From Bacteroidota bacterium (GTDB lineage Bacteria; Bacteroidota; Bacteroidia; AKYH767-A; 2013-40CM-41-45), in the NCBI GenBank assembly GCA_046052345.1, contig JBJOMN010000066.1:13091-77090 (forward strand): a stretch of 64,000 bases of DNA, read 5' to 3'. The notes beneath the pieces are model-generated. The model ran no database searches and was not told the DNA's origin. It saw only the letters and a program-made list of their open reading frames with translations. Below, one piece after another: positions 10,487 to 25,641 of the stretch (position 1 is the first letter of the stretch; every line of letters begins with the position of its first letter). The position numbers and the translations under genes are program-made.

Positions 10487-11485
10487 ATGGCAAAGAACCC
10501 CGCCAAAAAGACCTGCGACAACATCCTGGAAGCTATCGGCAACACCCCACTGGTGAGGCTGAATAAAGTTGTGGAGGGTGTCCCTGCCACCGTTTACGCA
10601 AAGGTGGAGACCTTCAATCCGGGCAATTCGATCAAAGACCGTATGGCACTTAAAATGATCGAGGATGCTGAGAAAGCCGGTATTTTAAAGCCCGGTGGCA
10701 CCATCATCGAAGGCACATCCGGGAATACGGGTATGGGACTTGCCATCGCGGGCATCGTGAAGGGCTACAAGTGCATCTTCACCACCACCGACAAGCAATC
10801 CAAGGAAAAGGTAGACGCCCTGAAGGCATTCGGCGCCGAGGTCATCGTCTGTCCGACCAATGTAGAACCGGAGGACCCTCGCTCGTATTATTCGGTAGCT
10901 GCCAGGCTTAACCGTGAAATTCCAAATTCGTTTTATCCGAACCAATACGATAACCTCTCGAACTCCCAGGCTCATTATGAGCAGACGGGTCCTGAAATCT
11001 GGGAGCAGACGGAAGGCAAAATCACCCATCTCGTCGTTGGCGCCGGAACGGGTGGCACCATTTGCGGCACTGCGCGCTTTCTGAAGGAAAAGAATCCTGC
11101 TGTGCAGATCTGGGGCATCGACACCTACGGATCGGTTTTGAAGAAGATCCGGGACACCGGTGAATTCGACAAAAACGAAATCTACCCGTATGTCACCGAA
11201 GGTATCGGTGAAGATTTCGTTCCCGGCAATTACCGCTTCGAACTCATCGACCACTTTGAAAAAGTAAGTGACAAGGACGGCGCTGTCATGACCCGCGAGA
11301 TCGTGCGTAAAGAGGGTATCTGGGTGGGTAATTCCGCCGGATCCGCTGTCGCAGGGTTGCTTCAACTGAAGGACCGTCTTAAACCTACCGATGTAGTGGT
11401 CATCATTTTCCACGACCACGGATCACGCTATCTGGCCAAGATCTTCAACGACGACTGGATGAAGAAGATGGGGTACATGGATTAA
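10487..11485 (+). CDS. Cysteine synthase / cystathionine beta-synthase family PLP enzyme
   Basis: 332 aa with a PLP-lysine motif region (NPGNSIKDRMA), GTSGNTGMGLA and a glycine-rich loop VGAGTGGT. Confidence 0.8.
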   Translation: MAKNPAKKTCDNILEAIGNTPLVRLNKVVEGVPATVYAKVETFNPGNSIKDRMALKMIEDAEKAGILKPGGTIIEGTSGNTGMGLAIAGIVKGYKCIFTTTDKQSKEKVDALKAFGAEVIVCPTNVEPEDPRSYYSVAARLNREIPNSFYPNQYDNLSNSQAHYEQTGPEIWEQTEGKITHLVVGAGTGGTICGTARFLKEKNPAVQIWGIDTYGSVLKKIRDTGEFDKNEIYPYVTEGIGEDFVPGNYRFELIDHFEKVSDKDGAVMTREIVRKEGIWVGNSAGSAVAGLLQLKDRLKPTDVVVIIFHDHGSRYLAKIFNDDWMKKMGYMD

Positions 11486-11544
11486 GGCCTTCCGGCCCTC
11501 CGTACCTGCCATCTATATTCAGCCGGCGGATTATCCTTTAACGG

Positions 11545-12372
11545 TTGATCCACGTTCCCGTGCCACCCTCGACCCTACTCGATCAAACCGGCTATCCCGT
11601 CACCCTGACCGGAATTCCGAAGCGTATCATTTCGCTGGTGCCTTCCCAGACCGGCTTGCTGCATACACTGGGCCTGGAATCCGAGACAGTCGGAATCACC
11701 CGCTTCTGCATCGAACCTGATGCTTGGTATCGCACTAAAACCCGTGTCGGAGGAACCAAGCAGGTGAATCACGAAATCATCCGTGAGCTCGCTCCTGACT
11801 TGATTCTCGGAAACAAGGAAGAGAATTCGCAAGCGGATGTTGAAGCATTGCGCGAACTGTACCCGGTCTGGCTGAGCGATGTCATAACGGTCGGCGATGC
11901 GGTGAGCATGATACGACAGGTCGGCGGGATGACGGGGAAAGGAATCGAAGCTGAAATGCTTTCATCCGCCATAGAAGCCGCCTATTCGCGGCTGCAACTC
12001 TCCGGACGAAGCGGAACTCCGTTAAGGGTGGCTTATCTGATCTGGAATGAACCGCTGATGGCTGCGGGTGCTGGCACCTTCATTCATTCGATGATGCAAG
12101 GTTGCGGCTGGATCAATTGTTTCGGGAACAAGGACCGTTATCCGCTGATCACTGAGGAGGAGCTCCAAGAACAGGCACCGGATGTCATCCTTCTCTCGAC
12201 AGAACCCTATCCTTTCAACAGGGATCATTGTCAGCGTCTGAGCGGATCCCTCGGAATCAGGACCGAACTGGTCGACGGGGAAGCGTTCTCCTGGTACGGA
12301 CCGAGGATGCTGCAGTCGTTCGACCAATTAACGGAACTTGACACGGCCTTGAGAATGTCCTCCAAGGGATAA
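11545..12372 (+). CDS. BtuF/TroA-like periplasmic-binding-fold protein (helical-backbone metal/cobalamin receptor family)
   Basis: 275 aa. Motifs resemble class III substrate-binding proteins (IISLVPSQTGLLHTLGL ... DLILGN). No obvious signal peptide in the called frame and no adjacent permease or ATPase. Confidence 0.55.
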   Translation: MIHVPVPPSTLLDQTGYPVTLTGIPKRIISLVPSQTGLLHTLGLESETVGITRFCIEPDAWYRTKTRVGGTKQVNHEIIRELAPDLILGNKEENSQADVEALRELYPVWLSDVITVGDAVSMIRQVGGMTGKGIEAEMLSSAIEAAYSRLQLSGRSGTPLRVAYLIWNEPLMAAGAGTFIHSMMQGCGWINCFGNKDRYPLITEEELQEQAPDVILLSTEPYPFNRDHCQRLSGSLGIRTELVDGEAFSWYGPRMLQSFDQLTELDTALRMSSKG

Positions 12373-12399
12373 AAAACGTACCTTTTCGTACTTAATCCG

Positions 12400-14679
12400 A
12401 TGAGGACTTTCCCCATTTTACTGATCCTGCTGTTCGGTTGCATCCGTACACCTGCCCAGAAAGTCGGACTGGTACTGTCGGGCGGTGGCGCAAGAGGGCT
12501 TGCCCATATCGGCGCCATCCGGGCGCTGGAGGAGGCGCACATTCCGATTGATTATATCACCGGAACCTCAGCCGGAGCCGTGGTCGGCTGCCTTTACGCC
12601 ATGGGATATTCGGTACACCAGATGGACTCCATCGTACGTACACCGGAATTCGAATCTTGGGCTACCGGCAAGACAGGACCTGACTTCAATTATTTCTTCC
12701 TTAAGCCGGAGGATAACGCATCCTGGATCACCTGGAAATTCTCTCTCGACTCAAGTTTTCAAAGCTCCATCCCTACTAACCTGGTCAGCTCTATTCCCTA
12801 TGATTACGCACTGATGCGAGGAACAGGACCGGTCATGGCAAAATCCGGTAATGATTTCGACTCGCTTTTCGTGCCGTTCCGCTGTTTAGCATCCGATATC
12901 GCCAGCAAGCAGACGGTCGTCTTCCGTAGCGGCGACCTGGCACGCGCCGTCCGTGCTTCCTCCGCCTATCCCTTTTATTTCCGGCCGATCACGCTCGACG
13001 GTAAAGTCCTCTACGACGGAGGACTTTACGACAACTTCCCGTCCGATGTCATGGAGCAGGAGTTCCATCCCGACTTCATCATCGGCATCAATGCATCCGG
13101 AGACGACCGGCCTGCAAACGAGACAGACCTCGTCTCCTTACTTCAGGCGATGATGACACGTCCGACCAATCTGTCGCTGGGAAAAGGGAAAGGAATATTG
13201 ATCGACCTGAACACCGACGGATTCGGCCTGTTTGACTTTTCAGCGGTAGATAAAGTGATCAGCGAAGGGTATGACCGTACCATGTCCCGAATGGACAGTA
13301 TTTCCGCTGTCATATTCCGGCGAAGCGACAACGAGTCGTTAGAAAGGAAGAGAGCCGCATTCCGATCGTCCTTACGGCCCGTTCTCATCGAAGACCTGGT
13401 AGTAGAAGGGATCAATTCAAAACAACGCGCCTATGTCAGGGCAGTCGTAAAGAGAGACAGTTCAGTCGTTCCATTGGAATCTCTTCGCAATTCCTACTTC
13501 AGGATCGTATCCGACAAAAACATCCGGCATATGGACCCCTGGCTGGTGTTCGATTCAGCGGACGGCACATTCGATCTGCATCTCAAAGTGACAAGGGAGC
13601 GGGACCTTATTACCCGTTTCGGAGGAAACATCTCATCGCGTCCCGTGAGCGAGGCTTATGGAGGACTCACCTATCTGGTTTGGGGAAGAAGAGCCTACAG
13701 TTTTTCGAGCGACTTCTATTTCGGGAGGCTCTACACTTCCGGAAGAGCGAAAGTGCGCATGGAGGCCCCTACCCGCCTGCCTTATTTCCTCGAGCTGGAT
13801 GCGACCATGAACCAGTATGATTTCTTCAGGAGCATCAATGCCTTCTTTCCCGAACAAAGGCCTTCTTACATCCTTAAATCCGATTATCATTTCGGGGCTA
13901 CGGCCGGCATCCCCAGCGGAAACAAATCCAAATTCTACGGCTCCGGAGGATATGTACGGTTGGCTGACAACTATTACCAGACACCATCATTCTCCCAAGC
14001 CGATACTGCGGACAAGACCACCCTCAAGGGAGTCACGGCGCAGCTATCTTACGAGTGGAACACGCTTAACAAAAAGCAGTTCGCGAACGAAGGCGCCTTC
14101 CTTCAGTGGCGTGCACGTATCTGCAACCTTGAGGAAAAAACGGTTCCCGGTTCGACTTCTGCAGATCGCACCGTGATTACGGACAAGCATGTCTGGGTGC
14201 AACTTTCGTTGAAGTATGACAAGTATTTCTTCAAGCGGCGATTACTCAAGCTCGGCTTCAACCTTCAGGCTGTCGCATCCAACATGCCTTTTTTCAACAA
14301 CTTCACGGTGACGTCGGTAAATGCTCCGGCCTTCGAACCGATCGTGGAGATGAAAACTCTCTTCCTTCCCGCCTACCGCTCTCAGAATTTCGCAGGAGGG
14401 GGAATAAGGAATATTCTTTCACTGCGTTCCAACCTCGATTTCCGTCTGGAGGGATATGTTTTCCAACCTTACAAGGAACTTCTTGAAACCGCAAATAACG
14501 GCGTCGAAAACGGCATTGCCTTCAACAAACGGTATTTCATCGGATCCTCAAGCCTCGTTTTCCACAGCCCGATCGGTCCTGTTTCCATGCAAGTGAATTA
14601 CTACGAACGGCAGAAAAATCCCGTGTCGGTTCTCTTCACTGCAGGCTTCTTGCTGTTCCATCCCGGCGCACTGGACTGA
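12400..14679 (+). CDS. Patatin-like phospholipase family protein with long C-terminal beta-rich (outer-membrane-barrel-like) region
   Basis: Signal peptide. Patatin motifs GGGARG and GTSAG (nucleophile Ser) plus DGG. The C-terminal ~450 aa has amphipathic beta-strand character. Confidence 0.8.
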   Translation: MRTFPILLILLFGCIRTPAQKVGLVLSGGGARGLAHIGAIRALEEAHIPIDYITGTSAGAVVGCLYAMGYSVHQMDSIVRTPEFESWATGKTGPDFNYFFLKPEDNASWITWKFSLDSSFQSSIPTNLVSSIPYDYALMRGTGPVMAKSGNDFDSLFVPFRCLASDIASKQTVVFRSGDLARAVRASSAYPFYFRPITLDGKVLYDGGLYDNFPSDVMEQEFHPDFIIGINASGDDRPANETDLVSLLQAMMTRPTNLSLGKGKGILIDLNTDGFGLFDFSAVDKVISEGYDRTMSRMDSISAVIFRRSDNESLERKRAAFRSSLRPVLIEDLVVEGINSKQRAYVRAVVKRDSSVVPLESLRNSYFRIVSDKNIRHMDPWLVFDSADGTFDLHLKVTRERDLITRFGGNISSRPVSEAYGGLTYLVWGRRAYSFSSDFYFGRLYTSGRAKVRMEAPTRLPYFLELDATMNQYDFFRSINAFFPEQRPSYILKSDYHFGATAGIPSGNKSKFYGSGGYVRLADNYYQTPSFSQADTADKTTLKGVTAQLSYEWNTLNKKQFANEGAFLQWRARICNLEEKTVPGSTSADRTVITDKHVWVQLSLKYDKYFFKRRLLKLGFNLQAVASNMPFFNNFTVTSVNAPAFEPIVEMKTLFLPAYRSQNFAGGGIRNILSLRSNLDFRLEGYVFQPYKELLETANNGVENGIAFNKRYFIGSSSLVFHSPIGPVSMQVNYYERQKNPVSVLFTAGFLLFHPGALD

Positions 14680-14703
14680 CCCGATGCAACAGACTATTTA
14701 CAG

Positions 14704-15069
14704 ATGACCATGGAAAGACTCAGTACGATCAGGAAATTTGAAAACTTCCACATTCTTCTGTGGCTGGTGAAGGACCTCTGCTGGGTGACATTGTCCAGGG
14801 CAGCAGGCGTAGCCATGATACTTCCCACCCTCGCTCTGGCGCTTTTCATCACCTGGCGTAACCGTGAGGACCGTGCGGAGCTGATGCACAATCTCGCCAT
14901 CTGCATGTGGATATGTGCCAATTCCGTCTGGATGATCGGCGAATTCTATCTGGAGGATTCCACGCGGGAGTTAGCCGTCGTTTTCTTCGTTGCCGGCCTG
15001 CTGTCCATGCTTTATTATTACTTCATGGAACTACTCAGGAACAACATCAACGGAAACCGTAAAAAATGA
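14704..15069 (+). CDS. Small hypothetical membrane protein (about 4 TM helices)
   Basis: 121 aa with hydrophobic segments. Ends at a bidirectional terminator. Confidence 0.45.
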   Translation: MTMERLSTIRKFENFHILLWLVKDLCWVTLSRAAGVAMILPTLALALFITWRNREDRAELMHNLAICMWICANSVWMIGEFYLEDSTRELAVVFFVAGLLSMLYYYFMELLRNNINGNRKK

Positions 15070-15071
15070 AA

Positions 15072-15095
15072 AACCCCGGATGACCGGGGTTTGAA
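15072..15095. terminator. Bidirectional rho-independent terminator (ccccgg atga ccgggg)
   Basis: Perfect 6-bp GC stem flanked by an A-run on the plus side and a T-run on the minus side. Serves the convergent genes at 15069 (+) and 15114 (-). Confidence 0.7.
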
Positions 15096-15113
15096 ATCGC
15101 TATCCGAGAAACT

Positions 15114-15428
15114 TCAGGCCTGAGCGGTAGGTCCGCCGAAATTCATGGGCAGTCCGATGGATTCGGTCTGCTTGATGGCTCCGTGAACGGACTCGTATTT
15201 CGAGATGTTATCGGCAAGGGCCGAAAGAAGCCTTTTGGCATGTTGCGGAGTTAGAAGGATCCGTGATTTCACTTTGGCCTTCGGAACGCCGGGCATGACC
15301 TTGACGAAATCCACCACGAATTCGGAATTGCTATGGGTGATGATCGCGAGGTTCGAATAGATACCGTCCGCAATCTCCTCCGTCAGTTCGATATTAAGTT
15401 GATTGCCGTTGTTCTGGTTGTCTTCCAT
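15114..15428 (-). CDS. DUF3467 domain protein
   Basis: Start moved to the internal ATG (MEDNQNNGNQLNIELTEEIADGIYSNLAIITHSNSEFVVDF...), giving 104 aa. Conserved position immediately downstream of rpoC in Bacteroidetes. Confidence 0.7.
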   Translation of the reverse strand: MEDNQNNGNQLNIELTEEIADGIYSNLAIITHSNSEFVVDFVKVMPGVPKAKVKSRILLTPQHAKRLLSALADNISKYESVHGAIKQTESIGLPMNFGGPTAQA

Positions 15429-15509
15429 GGATTGTATGTTGTTTGGCAAGATTCTAAAAAAGGAGATCCGGCATTCCACCGGATCTCCCAATCAATACAT
15501 CTGAAGGCA

Positions 15510-18500
15510 TCAGCGTGAAGCGAGCTCCTCTTCGTTCTTGGAGGCCATCAGCAGGTCGTATTCCTCTTGGGAACCTACGATGAGCTTTTCATACTCACGC
15601 AATCCGGTTCCGGCAGGAATCAGGTGACCGACGATGACGTTCTCCTTGAGACCGAGCAAGCCGTCCACTTTGCCGTTGACCGCCGCCTCGTTGAGCACCT
15701 TGGTGGTCTCCTGGAAGGATGCGGCTGAAATCCAGCTCTTCGTGTGAAGTGAAGCCTGGGTGATACCCTGAAGGACCGGAGAAGAAGTCGCCGGGATGGC
15801 ATCTCGCGCCTCGATGGCACGGAGATCCTTGCGCTTGAGGATGGAGTTCTCCTCACGCAGCTTGCGCAGCGTGATGATCTGTCCTGCCTTCACTTCGGTG
15901 GAATCCCCCGAATCCAGTACGACCACTTTGTCGCGGACCGCTTCATTCTCTATCATGAAATCGATACGGTCGACATACTCCCGCTCCAGGAATACAGTGT
16001 CGCCCGGATCTTCGATGATGACCTTGCGCATCATCTGACGGACAATCACTTCGAAGTGCTTGTCGTTGATCTTCACGCCCTGCATACGATAGACTTCCTG
16101 CACTTCGTTGACCAGATATTCCTGGACCTGTGAGGGGCCCTTGATGGCAAGGATGTCGCTCGGACTGATCGATCCGTCGGACAGGGGATGTCCTGCACGG
16201 ATGAAATCGTTATCCTGAACAAGGATGTGCTTTGCGAGCGAGACAAGATACTTCTTGACTTCACCGTCGCGGGAGGTGATGATGATCTCACGGTTACCGC
16301 GCTTGATGCCGCCGTAGGAAACCACGCCGTCGATCTCACTGACCACGGCAGGATTGCTGGGATTACGCGCTTCAAAGAGTTCCGTCACACGCGGCAGACC
16401 GCCGGTGATGTCGCCGGAGCGGCCGGTCGTGCGGGGGATCTTGACGAGGACCGTTCCCGGGGTGATCTTGTCACCGACGTTCACCATGATGTGGGCTCCG
16501 ACCGGGATGTTGTACGACTTGACGACCTCTTTCTTTTCATTGAGAACACGGATGGCCGGGTTCTTCGACTTGTCGCGGGTCTCGATAATCACTTTCTCGC
16601 GGTAGCCGGTCTGTTCATCAGACTCCTCACGGAAAGTGACACCTTCCTCGATGTGCTCGAACTCGATCTTACCGCCGAACTCGGAAAGAATCACGGCATT
16701 GTAAGGATCCCAGTCGCAGATCAGGTCGTTTTTCTCCACTTTCGCCTTGTCCTTGAAGTACAGACGGGAACCGTAGGGTACGTTCGCGGTAGCCAGGATC
16801 GTACCGGTGTTCGGGTCGACGATGCGGGCTTCACCGGAACGGCCGATGACGACTTCGTGAGACTTGTTGCCCTCTTTGAAGGTGACAGTCTTGATGTCCT
16901 CCAGCTCCAGACGTCCGGGATATTTGGCTTTGATTTCCGCATCGGAAGCACCCTTCTGGGCGACACCACCGACGTGGAAGGTACGAAGGGTCAGCTGTGT
17001 ACCCGGTTCACCGATCGACTGTGCAGCGATGACTCCGACCGCCTCGCCCTTCTGGACCATGCGTCCGGTAGCAAGGTTACGTCCGTAGCACTTGGCACAG
17101 ACACCCCGCTGGGATTCGCAGGTGAGAACTGAGCGGATCTCCACCGTCTCGATGGGAGACTCTTCGATGGCTGTAGCGACAGCATCACCGATCTCTTCAC
17201 CGGAATGTGCGATGAGCTTGCCCGTGATCGGATGGAATACATCGTGGACCGACACACGACCGATGATGCGGTCGTAGAGGGACTCGACAACTTCCTCGTT
17301 GTTCTTCAGCGCCGACATCGCCAGACCGCGGAGGGTACCGCAATCGTCGTCGGTGATGATCACATCCTGTGCCACATCCACAAGACGACGGGTCAGGTAA
17401 CCTGCGTCAGCCGTCTTCAAGGCCGTATCGGCAAGACCTTTACGGGCACCGTGGGTGGAGATGAAGTATTCGAGAATCGAGAGACCTTCCTTGAAGTTGG
17501 AAAGGATCGGGTTCTCGATGATCTCTCCGCCGGTGGCTCCGCTCTTCTGCGGTTTGGCCATCAGTCCGCGCATTCCGCCGAGCTGACGGATCTGCTCCTT
17601 GGAACCTCGGGCACCGGAGTCAAGCATCATGTAAATGGAATTGAAGCCCTGCTTGTCGGAGGCAAGCTGCTTCATGAGGGTCTCGGAGATACGCGAACTG
17701 GTACGCGTCCAGATATCAATGATCTGGTTGTACCGTTCGTTGTAGGTGATGAAACCCATGTTATAGTTGTTCAACACTTCATCCACCTCGGCATTCGCCT
17801 TCGAAATGAGGTCGATCTTGACATCGGGGATCTTGACGTCTTCGAGGTTGAAGGACAGGCCGCCGCGGAAAGCCATCTGGAAGCCGAGCTCCTTGATGTC
17901 ATCCAGGAACTTAGCGGTCTTCGCGGTGCCACAGATGTCCAGGACGTCTCCGATGATGTCACGGAGCGCCTTCTTGGTAAGCAGCTGGTTGATGAATCCT
18001 ACCTCGGCAGGGACGACCTTGTTGAAGAGGACGCGTCCGACGGTAGTGGCGAGTTTGCCGAACACCATCTTTCCGTCCTGCATGTGATTCACCTTGACGG
18101 TGATCGGGGCATGCAGATCGACACGGCCTTCGTTGTAGGCGATGATGACTTCCTCCGAAGAGTAGAAATTCATACCCTCGCCCTTGACCTTCAATTTCCC
18201 GTCGCTCTTACGCTCCTTGGTGATATAGTACAGACCCAAGACCATGTCCTGGGAAGGCACCGTCACCGGAGCACCGTTGGCGGGGTTGAGGATGTTGTGG
18301 GATGCCAGCATGAGCATCTGCGCCTCGAGGATGGCGGCGTTGCCGAGCGGTACGTGAACGGCCATCTGGTCGCCATCGAAGTCGGCGTTGAAGGCGGTAC
18401 ATACCAACGGGTGCAACTGGATAGCCTTGCCTTCGATCAGCTTGGGCTGGAAGGCCTGGATACCGAGACGGTGCAGCGTGGGAGCGCGGTTGAGCAGTAC

Positions 18501-19802
18501 AGGGTGTCCTTTGAGGACATTTTCAAGGATGTCCCATACCAGCGGATCCTTGCGGTCGACAATCTTCTTGGCCGATTTCACGGTCTTGACGACACCGCGC
18601 TCGATCATCTTGCGGATGATGAACGGCTTGAAAAGCTCTGCGGCCATATCCTTCGGAAGGCCGCACTCGTGCAGCTTGAGTTCAGGACCCACCACGATGA
18701 CCGAACGTGCGGAATAGTCGACACGCTTACCGAGCAGATTCTGACGAAAGCGTCCCTGCTTGCCCTTGAGTGAATCGGAGAGCGACTTGAGGGCGCGGTT
18801 GGATTCGGTCTTGACAGCATTGACCTTGCGGCTGTTGTCAAACAGGGAATCCACGGCTTCCTGAAGCATCCGCTTCTCGTTGCGCAGGATGACGTCCGGA
18901 GCCTTGATTTCGATCAGGCGCTTGAGGCGGTTGTTTCGGATGATCACACGACGGTAAAGGTCGTTCAGATCGGAAGTGGCGAATCGGCCACCGTCCAGCG
19001 GAACGAGCGGGCGCAGTTCCGGCGGAATCACCGGTACTACCTTCACAATCATCCACTCGGGACGGTTCTCGATGTGCTGATTGGCAGAACGGAAAGCCTC
19101 GACGACATTGAGACGCTTGAGCGCCTCGTTCTTACGCTGCTGGGAGGTCTCGTTGCTGGCCTGGTGACGGAGCGAATAGGACAATCCGTCAAGGTCGAGG
19201 CGGGACAGCAGGTCGTGAAGCGCTTCAGCGCCCATCTTCGCGATGAACTTGTTGGGATCCGAATCGTCCAGATGCTGGTTCTCCTTAGGAAGCGCATCCA
19301 TGATCTGCAGGTACTCTTCTTCGGTAAGGAAGTCGAGGTAACTGACGCCGTCAGCGGCCTTGATACCGGGCTGGATGACGACATATCTTTCGTAATAGAT
19401 GATCATGTCGAGCTTCTTGGTAGGAAGTCCGAGCAGGTAGCCGATCTTGTTGGGAAGTGAACGGAAGTACCAGATATGGGCGACAGGAACGGTGAGGGTG
19501 ATATGTCCCATCCGCTCGCGCCGCACCTTCTTCTCGGTGACTTCCACACCGCAACGGTCACAAACGATGCCCTTATAACGGATGCGCTTGTATTTGCCGC
19601 AATGACATTCCCAGTCCTTGACAGGACCGAAAATGCGCTCGCAGAAAAGACCGTCACGCTCCGGCTTATAGGTCCGGTAGTTGATGGTCTCCGGCTTGAG
19701 TACTTCACCGCTCGACTGCTCCAGGATGTTCTCGGGAGAGGACAAGCTGATGATGATCTTGGTGAAGTTCGATTTGATTTTTATTTCTTTTCTGTTTGCC
19801 AT
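15510..19802 (-). CDS. rpoC: DNA-directed RNA polymerase subunit beta'
   Basis: 1430 aa with the NADFDGD catalytic motif and zinc-binding cysteines near the N-terminus. Confidence 0.97.
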   Translation of the reverse strand: MANRKEIKIKSNFTKIIISLSSPENILEQSSGEVLKPETINYRTYKPERDGLFCERIFGPVKDWECHCGKYKRIRYKGIVCDRCGVEVTEKKVRRERMGHITLTVPVAHIWYFRSLPNKIGYLLGLPTKKLDMIIYYERYVVIQPGIKAADGVSYLDFLTEEEYLQIMDALPKENQHLDDSDPNKFIAKMGAEALHDLLSRLDLDGLSYSLRHQASNETSQQRKNEALKRLNVVEAFRSANQHIENRPEWMIVKVVPVIPPELRPLVPLDGGRFATSDLNDLYRRVIIRNNRLKRLIEIKAPDVILRNEKRMLQEAVDSLFDNSRKVNAVKTESNRALKSLSDSLKGKQGRFRQNLLGKRVDYSARSVIVVGPELKLHECGLPKDMAAELFKPFIIRKMIERGVVKTVKSAKKIVDRKDPLVWDILENVLKGHPVLLNRAPTLHRLGIQAFQPKLIEGKAIQLHPLVCTAFNADFDGDQMAVHVPLGNAAILEAQMLMLASHNILNPANGAPVTVPSQDMVLGLYYITKERKSDGKLKVKGEGMNFYSSEEVIIAYNEGRVDLHAPITVKVNHMQDGKMVFGKLATTVGRVLFNKVVPAEVGFINQLLTKKALRDIIGDVLDICGTAKTAKFLDDIKELGFQMAFRGGLSFNLEDVKIPDVKIDLISKANAEVDEVLNNYNMGFITYNERYNQIIDIWTRTSSRISETLMKQLASDKQGFNSIYMMLDSGARGSKEQIRQLGGMRGLMAKPQKSGATGGEIIENPILSNFKEGLSILEYFISTHGARKGLADTALKTADAGYLTRRLVDVAQDVIITDDDCGTLRGLAMSALKNNEEVVESLYDRIIGRVSVHDVFHPITGKLIAHSGEEIGDAVATAIEESPIETVEIRSVLTCESQRGVCAKCYGRNLATGRMVQKGEAVGVIAAQSIGEPGTQLTLRTFHVGGVAQKGASDAEIKAKYPGRLELEDIKTVTFKEGNKSHEVVIGRSGEARIVDPNTGTILATANVPYGSRLYFKDKAKVEKNDLICDWDPYNAVILSEFGGKIEFEHIEEGVTFREESDEQTGYREKVIIETRDKSKNPAIRVLNEKKEVVKSYNIPVGAHIMVNVGDKITPGTVLVKIPRTTGRSGDITGGLPRVTELFEARNPSNPAVVSEIDGVVSYGGIKRGNREIIITSRDGEVKKYLVSLAKHILVQDNDFIRAGHPLSDGSISPSDILAIKGPSQVQEYLVNEVQEVYRMQGVKINDKHFEVIVRQMMRKVIIEDPGDTVFLEREYVDRIDFMIENEAVRDKVVVLDSGDSTEVKAGQIITLRKLREENSILKRKDLRAIEARDAIPATSSPVLQGITQASLHTKSWISAASFQETTKVLNEAAVNGKVDGLLGLKENVIVGHLIPAGTGLREYEKLIVGSQEEYDLLMASKNEEELASR

Positions 19803-19847
19803 GTGTTGGTTCTGATGGGTTGGAGAATCTCAGGAATCGGTCTGTAA

Positions 19848-23711
<3,864 letters not shown>

Positions 23712-23720
<9 letters not shown>

Positions 23721-23788
23721 GCGCTTACGACCGCCCTGTTAAAAATGGTTATAGACCAATCCCCGCAGACGCGGGGAAAGGTCTATAG
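23712..23788 (-). other. Structured rplL-rpoB spacer: two strong hairpins (candidate attenuator/processing site)
   Basis: A near-perfect 11-bp palindrome at 23712-23733. A nested two-tier inverted repeat tatagacc..ccccgc aga gcgggg..ggtctata at 23750-23788. Neither is followed by a U-run. Confidence 0.45.
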
Positions 23789-23812
23789 AACAAGCCGACA
23801 GGCGCCGATTCC

Positions 23813-24193
23813 TTACTTAACCTCAATCTCAGCTCCTGCCTCTTCGAGTTGTGCCTTGATGGCGTTCGCTTCATCCTTGGAAACACCTTCCTTGACCGGC
23901 TTCGGAGCACCGTCAACCAGGTCTTTCGCCTCTTTCAGGCCAAGACCGGTGATGTCCTTGACCAGCTTGACGATGTTCAGTTTCGCACCGCCGGGGTTCT
24001 TCAGGATGACATCGAAGCTGGTCTTCTCAGCTGCGCCGCCGCCTTCTGCTCCACCGCCGCCTACTGCTGCAACCGCTACTGCTGCTGCTGCCGGCTCGAT
24101 GCCGTACTCGTCCTTCAGGATCTTCGCGAGTTCATTCACTTCTTTCACAGAAAGGTTTACCAACTGTTCTGCAAATGCTTTCAGGTCTGCCAT
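23813..24193 (-). CDS. rplL: 50S ribosomal protein L7/L12
   Basis: 126 aa with an Ala/Gly-rich hinge and a conserved C-terminal domain. Confidence 0.95.
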   Translation of the reverse strand: MADLKAFAEQLVNLSVKEVNELAKILKDEYGIEPAAAAVAVAAVGGGGAEGGGAAEKTSFDVILKNPGGAKLNIVKLVKDITGLGLKEAKDLVDGAPKPVKEGVSKDEANAIKAQLEEAGAEIEVK

Positions 24194-24286
24194 TGTTATC
24201 GGGTTTTTTGAGTTAGAGTTTTCTTGTTTTTGATTCGGTACTGATTGATTATGTTGGTATTGGAAGCATTCTTAAGGAGAAGGCGC

Positions 24287-24814
24287 TCAAGCGGCGCGCT
24301 CGGACAACGTCTTGACGATGCCGGCGAGCTTGCCACCGCTGCTTTGGAGAGCGGAGATGACGTTCCGTCCGGGCGACTGCAACAGCGAGATGATTTCGCC
24401 GATGAGTTCGTTCTTAGACTTGATGGCCGCCAGCGTATCGAGCTGGTTGTCGCCCAGGAACACCGCGGTGTCGATGTAAGCGCCCTTCACAAGGGGCTTA
24501 TCCTGGCCGCCTTTGCGGAATTCCTTGATGAGTTTGGCCGGCACGTTGCCCGTATCGGAGAAGAGGAGGGCGCTGGTGCCTTTGAGCGCACCGAAAATCT
24601 CGGTGTAGGAGCCATTCTCCCGGCGCTCCATGGCTTTACGGATGAGGGTGTTCTTGGCCACCAGCATCTTTATGCCCTTGGAGAAACAGGCGCGGCGCAG
24701 GTCATTCGTCTTCTCGACCGTCAGCGAAGACGTGTCGGTGACATATACATTCGGATATTTATCAAGCAACTCGGCGATTTGGCCGATGATGACTTCTTTC
24801 TGTTCGCGGTTCAT
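24287..24814 (-). CDS. rplJ: 50S ribosomal protein L10
   Basis: 175 aa. Operon position. Confidence 0.95.
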   Translation of the reverse strand: MNREQKEVIIGQIAELLDKYPNVYVTDTSSLTVEKTNDLRRACFSKGIKMLVAKNTLIRKAMERRENGSYTEIFGALKGTSALLFSDTGNVPAKLIKEFRKGGQDKPLVKGAYIDTAVFLGDNQLDTLAAIKSKNELIGEIISLLQSPGRNVISALQSSGGKLAGIVKTLSERAA

Positions 24815-24852
24815 GATGATGTTCGGATTGGATTACCGTTCTACTTCTTGGA

Positions 24853-25545
24853 TCAGGACAGGGTCTTGGTATCGATCTGTACCGACGGACTCATGGTGGA
24901 CGACATGTACACCGACTTCATATAGGTGCCTTTGGCGGCAGAAGGCTTCAGCTTGATGATCGCATTGATCAGTTCGCTGGCGTTCTCTTCGATCTTCTTG
25001 GCGTCGAACGAGGCTTTGCCCACGGAAGCATGGATGGAGCCTTGTTTGTCCACTTTGAAGTCGATCTTACCCGCCTTCACCTCGTTAACGGCCTTGCCGA
25101 TCTCGTTGGTGACAGTGCCGGTCTTGGGGTTCGGCATGAGGTTGCGGGGGCCGAGCACCTTGCCGAGCTTACCGACCTTGCCCATGACGCTGGGCATGGT
25201 GATGACGACATCGATGTCCGTCCATCCGCCTTCGATCTTCTGGATGAATTCGTCGAGACCCACGTAATCGGCGCCGGCTTCTTTGGCCTCTGCTTCCTTG
25301 TCGGGAGTGCAAAGGACGAGCACCTTCTTGGTCTTTCCGGTGCCGTGGGGAAGCGTCACGACGCCGCGGACCATCTGGTTGGCCTTGCGGGGATCGACAC
25401 CGAGACGGATGCTCAGGTCGACAGAAGAATCGAACTTGGTGTTGCTGATTTCCTTCACCATCTTGGCGGCTTCAGCCACCGAGTAGGCTTTGGTCTGGTC
25501 GATTTTAGAGAGGGCCAGCTTCCTCTTTTTACTGATGCGTGCCAT
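24853..25545 (-). CDS. rplA: 50S ribosomal protein L1
   Basis: 230 aa. Operon position. Confidence 0.95.
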   Translation of the reverse strand: MARISKKRKLALSKIDQTKAYSVAEAAKMVKEISNTKFDSSVDLSIRLGVDPRKANQMVRGVVTLPHGTGKTKKVLVLCTPDKEAEAKEAGADYVGLDEFIQKIEGGWTDIDVVITMPSVMGKVGKLGKVLGPRNLMPNPKTGTVTNEIGKAVNEVKAGKIDFKVDKQGSIHASVGKASFDAKKIEENASELINAIIKLKPSAAKGTYMKSVYMSSTMSPSVQIDTKTLS

Positions 25546-25641
25546 TGAAGAACGTTTTTGAAGTGCGAACGGGCTCGATATGATCTCCCCCTCCTTCGGT
25601 TAGTGACTGTATACTGTCGGCGCAGGGCCGTTCAGCTCGAT

